This document shows, in pieces, positions 10,715 through 15,052 of a stretch of DNA of 15,052 nt. This DNA is from Ginkgo biloba (taxonomy: Eukaryota; Plantae; Ginkgophyta): assembly GCA_024626585.2 (NCBI GenBank), contig JANKJI020000004.1, positions 22,431,426 through 22,446,477 on the forward strand, read 5' to 3'. The stretch's first letter is position 1. Each line of letters begins with the position of its first letter. A model generated the notes under the pieces. It was not told where the DNA came from. It ran no database searches and worked only from the letters and a program-made list of their open reading frames with translations. A program made the translations under genes and the position numbers.

Positions 10715-11221
10715 ATGAAACCCCCAGATTCAAGCACATTTAACCTAGAAACTTAGAGTGGAGTTGCACACCCACAAATATGTGTGAAACAATGGGAAGA
10801 GGAAAAGTTTGAGTGGAAAGCATTATGGCATTTACAGTTTTCGCTAACCTTACAAGGTTATGAGCTTGATTGGTTTGTGCTCCACAAATATACACTACAA
10901 GGCTGGAGCGAGTTGTGAGATATTCATTGCTATATTTGGGGTCGGCAATTCTTCCAACTTACCTCAATGTAACATCAATCTCAAGCGTGAGGACCATGTA
11001 AAGAAATGCAAGAAGTTATGGAAACAAAATAGTACTCCATGTCAGCTATGGATATATCTATTCTCGAGTTCATCACCACCTCACTAGTTGGACTAGTACT
11101 AGCAATATGAGAAACAAAGAAATCTAATTGGAATTCATGTGTAAAGAGATTTAATTCCACCTTTCCTTGTAAGTCTGATGTACCAATTATAAACATAATT
11201 TTGAAAAAGATTAATAATTAT
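10715..11221 (+). pseudogene. Two tandem degenerate Gag-capsid-like (Retrotrans_gag type) domains between protease and RT
   Basis: Unit 1: T*SGVAHPQICVKQWEEEKFEWKALWHLQFSLTLQGYELDWFVLHKYTLQGWSEL/CEIFIAIFG. Unit 2: EDHVKKCKKLWKQNSTPCQLWIYLFSSSSPPH*LD*Y*QYEKQR/KSNWNSCVKRFNSTF. Both follow the F-x-x-T/S-L-x-G-x-A-x-x-W-F/Y...W-x-x-L-x3-F-x3-F pattern; unit 2 fits more loosely. Confidence 0.65.
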
Positions 11222-11410
11222 CAACAAATGAGAAAAGAATATCATTAAAACTTCTTTTAACCTTGAATCCACATCGATCACTATTAAAGATGTGCAACAA
11301 CTCTTACTCTTCGAATGTCCATTACATGAAGAACCTCAAGAGGCTGAAGAAGACAAAAAAAAAAAAAAAATGAAGATTGTACAACAATACATCACTAGAA
11401 GCTAAACACA

Positions 11411-12062
11411 CTAGAAGTAAATATTGGTATGAACATAGAGCTAAAGAAGATTATTATGGGTGATTATTGGGACAAAGTGACTATCGCCAAAGCTACAACA
11501 CTATTATCCAAATACCGCCGTATCTGCACGGTCGCATAAGTATTTGAAATAATAGGTGAAGGTTGAATTAGATAAAATGTTGGACATCGGATATATTTAT
11601 CTAGTTGAAAACAGTGAATGGATGAGCTCAGTAGTCATTGCTAAGANNNNNNNNNNNNNNNNNNNNNNNTTATCCAGAAATAAATAAGGTTATAAAGAAA
11701 GACCCTTTCTTGATATTGTTCACCAAGGACATGCTTTATTAACTGGCGAGGCACAAAGTATTCTCATTTATTGATGCCCTTGGTGGTTATAATTAGGTTA
11801 GTATCACCCTAAAAGATCACAAAATGATGTTTGCAACTGAATGGGGTACATGCGCTTATTGTGTTATGCCATTTAGGTCAACCAACATGCTTGGAACATT
11901 TCAACATGTGATCATGCAATTTTTTCACAACACAACCAAAAGGAAGGTAGATGTATTCTTTTATGACTGGACGTTTTTAGAGTGTTGGATAGTCACCTTG
12001 ACCACTTGAAAGGGATGTTAGAGATTTTCTAGAAAAGTAATTAGTGCCTCAATCTAGAAATC
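11411..12062 (+). pseudogene. Ty3/gypsy reverse transcriptase remnant
   Basis: LEVNIG...IMGDYWD; VKVELDKMLDIGYIYLVENSEWMSSVV; NKVIKKDPFL; FSFIDALGGYN*V; FATEWGTCAYCVMPFRSTN; VDVFFYDWTF (catalytic xxDD motif mutated to FFYD). Confidence 0.95.
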
Positions 12063-12071
12063 GTCTCAAAC

Positions 12072-13800
12072 TATGATGCCAACCAAGTTCATAAGAACTT
12101 TTTCTTAGTTCACATGGGTTGATCCTTAGATTAGTCTGCCATTGTTAATGTGAAGTGGGCAGGTGATAGAGTTAGCCTCCCAATGGCTTCCCATGTGCTT
12201 TCTGGTATAACATTCACTATAGAGCCACCATCCACGATTGCCTCTTTATCTCATGCTAGTCGCTCATCATAGACACTTAAGGATCAAGGGCAAGGTTTGG
12301 TTTAATTTACCATGCCGCTTTATCATTTTGATTCTTGCCCTTGCATGCTAGTGAATGTCATAAACTTGGCTCCCATAGCTCCAATATTTTTGTAAGAGGT
12401 ACCGTCAAGTTTAGGTCCTCCACAAGTACTATCAATAACTTCATCTTCTCACTTTGATGAAAGTGGTCCAGGTTCATATTCCCTATTGTTTTTAGGTGGT
12501 TGCAATGTAGTGTCGCTCTGTTCAATAATGGCCTCGTTAGGTTGTTTTCAAATTGACACCTTTATAACACTACAATTTTGCTTATTGCGGTTAATTTCTT
12601 CTTAAGCTTTTTCATGTCGAAGTCGTTCAAGCTCCTCTTTTGCCTTTTTTGTAGCTTCCTTCTTTGCTTGCGCTTCTTTGGCACCTGTGTTGAGTGCTTC
12701 TTTGGTAGCAACAAATCTATCTTTCTCCTTTTCAGATTCAAAAAAATTGTGTCTGCTTGTTTTGTGTTCATCTTCTTTCTTGATCAAGTGTAGAGGTTTA
12801 CATGGTAATTGTCTTGGTTGTTTGGGGTGTGATTGAATATATTGGAAGGTTTATCACTCCTTGTGTAGCCCTTGGTTTTGTGATCACCAAGGCCACATTG
12901 CATACAAATTGCTCCTTTATATTCCTTATGAGGATAGTTTTTAGCATCATACCCCCAGTTCATACAACAAGGACAACGTGTTGAAGGAATATTGCACTAG
13001 TTGGATTATTGAGCTTATTCTATGGGAGGGAATGGCATTGCTTTGTGTCATGTGTATCTTTGTTACATATGTGACACCACTTAGTTTTCACTTTCTCGTC
13101 TTGTTCAACTGTCTTTTTAGTTTGATTATAATTGGTGCCTCGCTTATTTAATTGGATTTTCATCTTCTTGATTTTGTCGGTCAATTTCTCAGTGATTTAT
13201 GCTTTGGGTGTTTTCTTAGGATCACCCTTGTTCATGTTCCAACATGCTAGATCTCTACCTACATAATATTTTTGATCAAGGTCGATTTTAGTTTTGACCA
13301 GAGTTTCAGATTCAAATGCTAGATTGCAAACTTGCTCATATGACTTCATTGGATGGAGTTAGATTTTCTCATAGTTGTGGGCAACAATTCGTTGATGAAA
13401 TACTTCAAAAGGCAACCGAAGGTACTATGTTGTTCCNNNNNNNNNNNNNNNNNNNNNNNNNNNNNNNNNNNNNNNNNNNNNNNNNNNNNNNNNNNNNNNN
13501 NNNNNNNNNNNNNNNNNNNNNNNNNNNNNNNNNNNNNNNNNNNNNNNNNNNNNNNNNNNNNNNTGAAAGTAATCAAGGAATTGCTTCTTGCATGGGTTAG
13601 GACTTCTCCTTGATGCATGCATACCATTGTAGTGCGATTCTACAAAGTGTTGAGAAGAGTCTTTGTTTAATCGTAGTTTCATTCTTGATCCCTTGTTGTG
13701 CTATGTTGTTCAAAAATAGGGCCAAGTGCTGAGATGGATCTCTATAACCTTAATACTTGAGGTGTTGAAGTGAGGTGTCAAGAAATTGGAATACGTTTGG
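12072..13800 (-). mobile_element. Inverted fragment of a second gypsy element: gag capsid, two zinc knuckles, charged linker, N-terminal half of protease
   Basis: Minus strand: KY*GYRDPSQHLALF...RLFSTLCRIALQWY...FLDYF (13564-13800); intact CX2CX4HX4C CHICNKDTHDTKQC (13035-13076); second knuckle CMQCGLGDHKTKGY (12865-12906, last C changed to Y); AIVDGGSIVNVIPESTWEAIG...FTLTMAD (DGGS at 12221-12232). Confidence 0.92.
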
Positions 13801-13901
13801 ANNNNNNNNNNNNNNNNNNNNNNNNNNNNNNNNNNNNNNNNNNNNNNNNNNNNNNNNNNNNNNNNNNNNNNNNNNNNNNNNNNNNNNNNNNNNNNNNNNN
13901 N

Positions 13902-14430
13902 TTTTATCCTGTGCAAAATGACTCACAAAGGTAAAGACATAGCCAATATTTTGATTTCAAAAGTCTACTAAATTTGGTCTTCCTAAGAACATTGTGAGCG
14001 ATCAGGATTCAAAGTTTACTAGTCAAGTATTAATCGAATTATTACGTACTTTGGGGACTAGATTAAATTTTAGTAGTGGTGATCATCCTCAAACTGATGG
14101 ACAGACAGAGTGAGGCAATCGGATTATGGAGGATATGTTGAGGTCTCATGTGGCCACTAGATAGACTAGTTGGGAAGAGAGGCTTCCTTTTGTGGAATTT
14201 GCATATTGCAACAAAAAGCATTCGGCTATAGTTATGGCACCTTTTAAAGCCACGCATGGCGATGAACCCTTAATTCTAATGGAATTTGATTTAAATAATT
14301 TTAAAGGGAAACCACAAGTTTTCCTCGAGATGCTTGAATAAATGAAGGAAGAATTAAGGGAATGCCAAAGGAATATTGAAAGAGCACAAGCACTTGCTAG
14401 ATTGTATGCAGATCACATAGATCATGTTTT
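13902..14430 (+). pseudogene. Integrase catalytic core remnant of a chromovirus-type Ty3/gypsy element
   Basis: FGLPKNIVSDQDSKFTS...LGTRLNFSSGDHPQTDGQTE*GNRIMEDMLR...WEERLPFVEFAY. D at 14000 and E at 14108 give D-x35-E spacing. SDRDxKF and HPQTDGQTE are typical chromovirus-branch wording. Confidence 0.9.
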
Positions 14431-14519
14431 AAGAATTTAATCTTCTTCAAGGATTAAATTATCTAGTAGTGGNNNNNNNNNNNNNNNNNNNNNNNNNNNN
14501 NNNNNCAATAATGTGAGCC

Positions 14520-15052
14520 TCTGATGGGGTGTTCATGATGATTTCCTAGATGCTAAATTCTTCAAGGTCATGGTAGTTACCATTTGGTATCTATGCATCA
14601 CTTAGTACTTGTTAACAAAGACATTTTCAAATGACATATCAATAGCAAAAAGATGGGAAACAAAAAAGGAAATAAGACCTTTCTGATCGATTGGCAGCAT
14701 TTTTACAAAATGGGACATGAGTTGATGCTTCATTGGAGCATTATGCCCAAGGAAGTGAGCAAAGCGTTGAAGGAAGCTCATACAAGAGTGGCATGGGGTC
14801 ATGTACGACTATAGAAGGAATGGCAAGAAAAGTCATGTTTGTAGGACTATGGTGGTTTTGAAGTAATCTTGGGTGTCCATCAATAATTGTGATGCTTTTC
14901 AACACACGTGCAATAGATTAAGAGAGTTTTTATGCCTCGACATCTGGCATTGCCTCAGGAATTTTTCAGGCATGCAGACTGAATTGGGTTGGTTCTTTCA
15001 AGCTTCCCTTCTTGACTATTCATACACCATTATGAATATATGACAAATTGGA
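14520..15052 (+). pseudogene. Integrase N-terminal (H2C2 zinc-binding) region remnant of a non-chromovirus gypsy element
   Basis: GVHDDFLDAKFF...WY...YL; FYKMG; LKEAHTRVAWGH (H 14779, H 14800); ARKVMFVGLWW; NNCDAFQ (cf. CDxCQ); LNWVG (cf. LDFVG); YMTNW (cf. DYxTKW). Confidence 0.88.

Larger units (their letters stand above)
8910..12062 (+). mobile_element. Degenerate Ty3/gypsy LTR retrotransposon, non-chromovirus (Athila/Tat-like branch), internal region: Asn-rich leader, gap, protease, extra capsid-like domains, RT
   Basis: Co-oriented degenerate protease and RT in gypsy order (see sub-features), with many stops and frameshifts. The link across the 100-N gap at 9565-9664 is assumed. Confidence 0.85.
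4516..15052 (+). other. Very long TE-filled intron of the nucleoporin gene (runs past window end)
   Basis: Begins at GTGAGT donor at 4516. No recognisable continuation of the nucleoporin downstream; the content is retroelement debris. Exons hidden in N-gaps cannot be excluded. Confidence 0.65.

Noticed and set aside
11355-11370. A16 run as the poly(A) tail of an inserted retrocopy explaining the capsid-like segment
   Set aside because: It sits in an E/K/D-rich linker codon context and no TSD was found, so slippage expansion is more likely, though not fully excluded.
13316-13971. ORFs spanning N-gaps (also 1524-1745, 5365-5553, 7729-7962, 9541-9781)
   Set aside because: Their length is an artefact of N runs lacking stop codons.

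Overview
Eukaryotic, AT-rich, gapped draft-assembly DNA from a land plant. The long TE-filled intron and retroelement motifs suggest a non-flowering plant such as a fern or gymnosperm, but this is inference. The window holds the 5' part of an FG-nucleoporin gene, most like plant NUP62: a 1.4-kb Ser/Thr/Ala/Pro-rich FG exon (3113-4515, probable ATG at 3141) preceded by small putative exons. It is followed by an intron of more than 10.5 kb packed with dead retroelements. These are a probable truncated LINE (minus strand), a plus-strand non-chromovirus Ty3/gypsy element (LTR-like region, Asn-rich gag leader, protease, RT, probably also the integrase N-terminus at the window end), an inverted gag-protease fragment of a related element, and a chromovirus-type integrase fragment. 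The most unusual observations are in the plus-strand gypsy element: two tandem degenerate Gag-capsid-like domains between protease and RT, and a long N/Q-rich, prion-like frame ahead of gag. All TE calls come from manual translation and motif recognition; no database search was run. Eight N-gaps (three of exactly 100 N, so of unknown true size) limit conclusions about contiguity.
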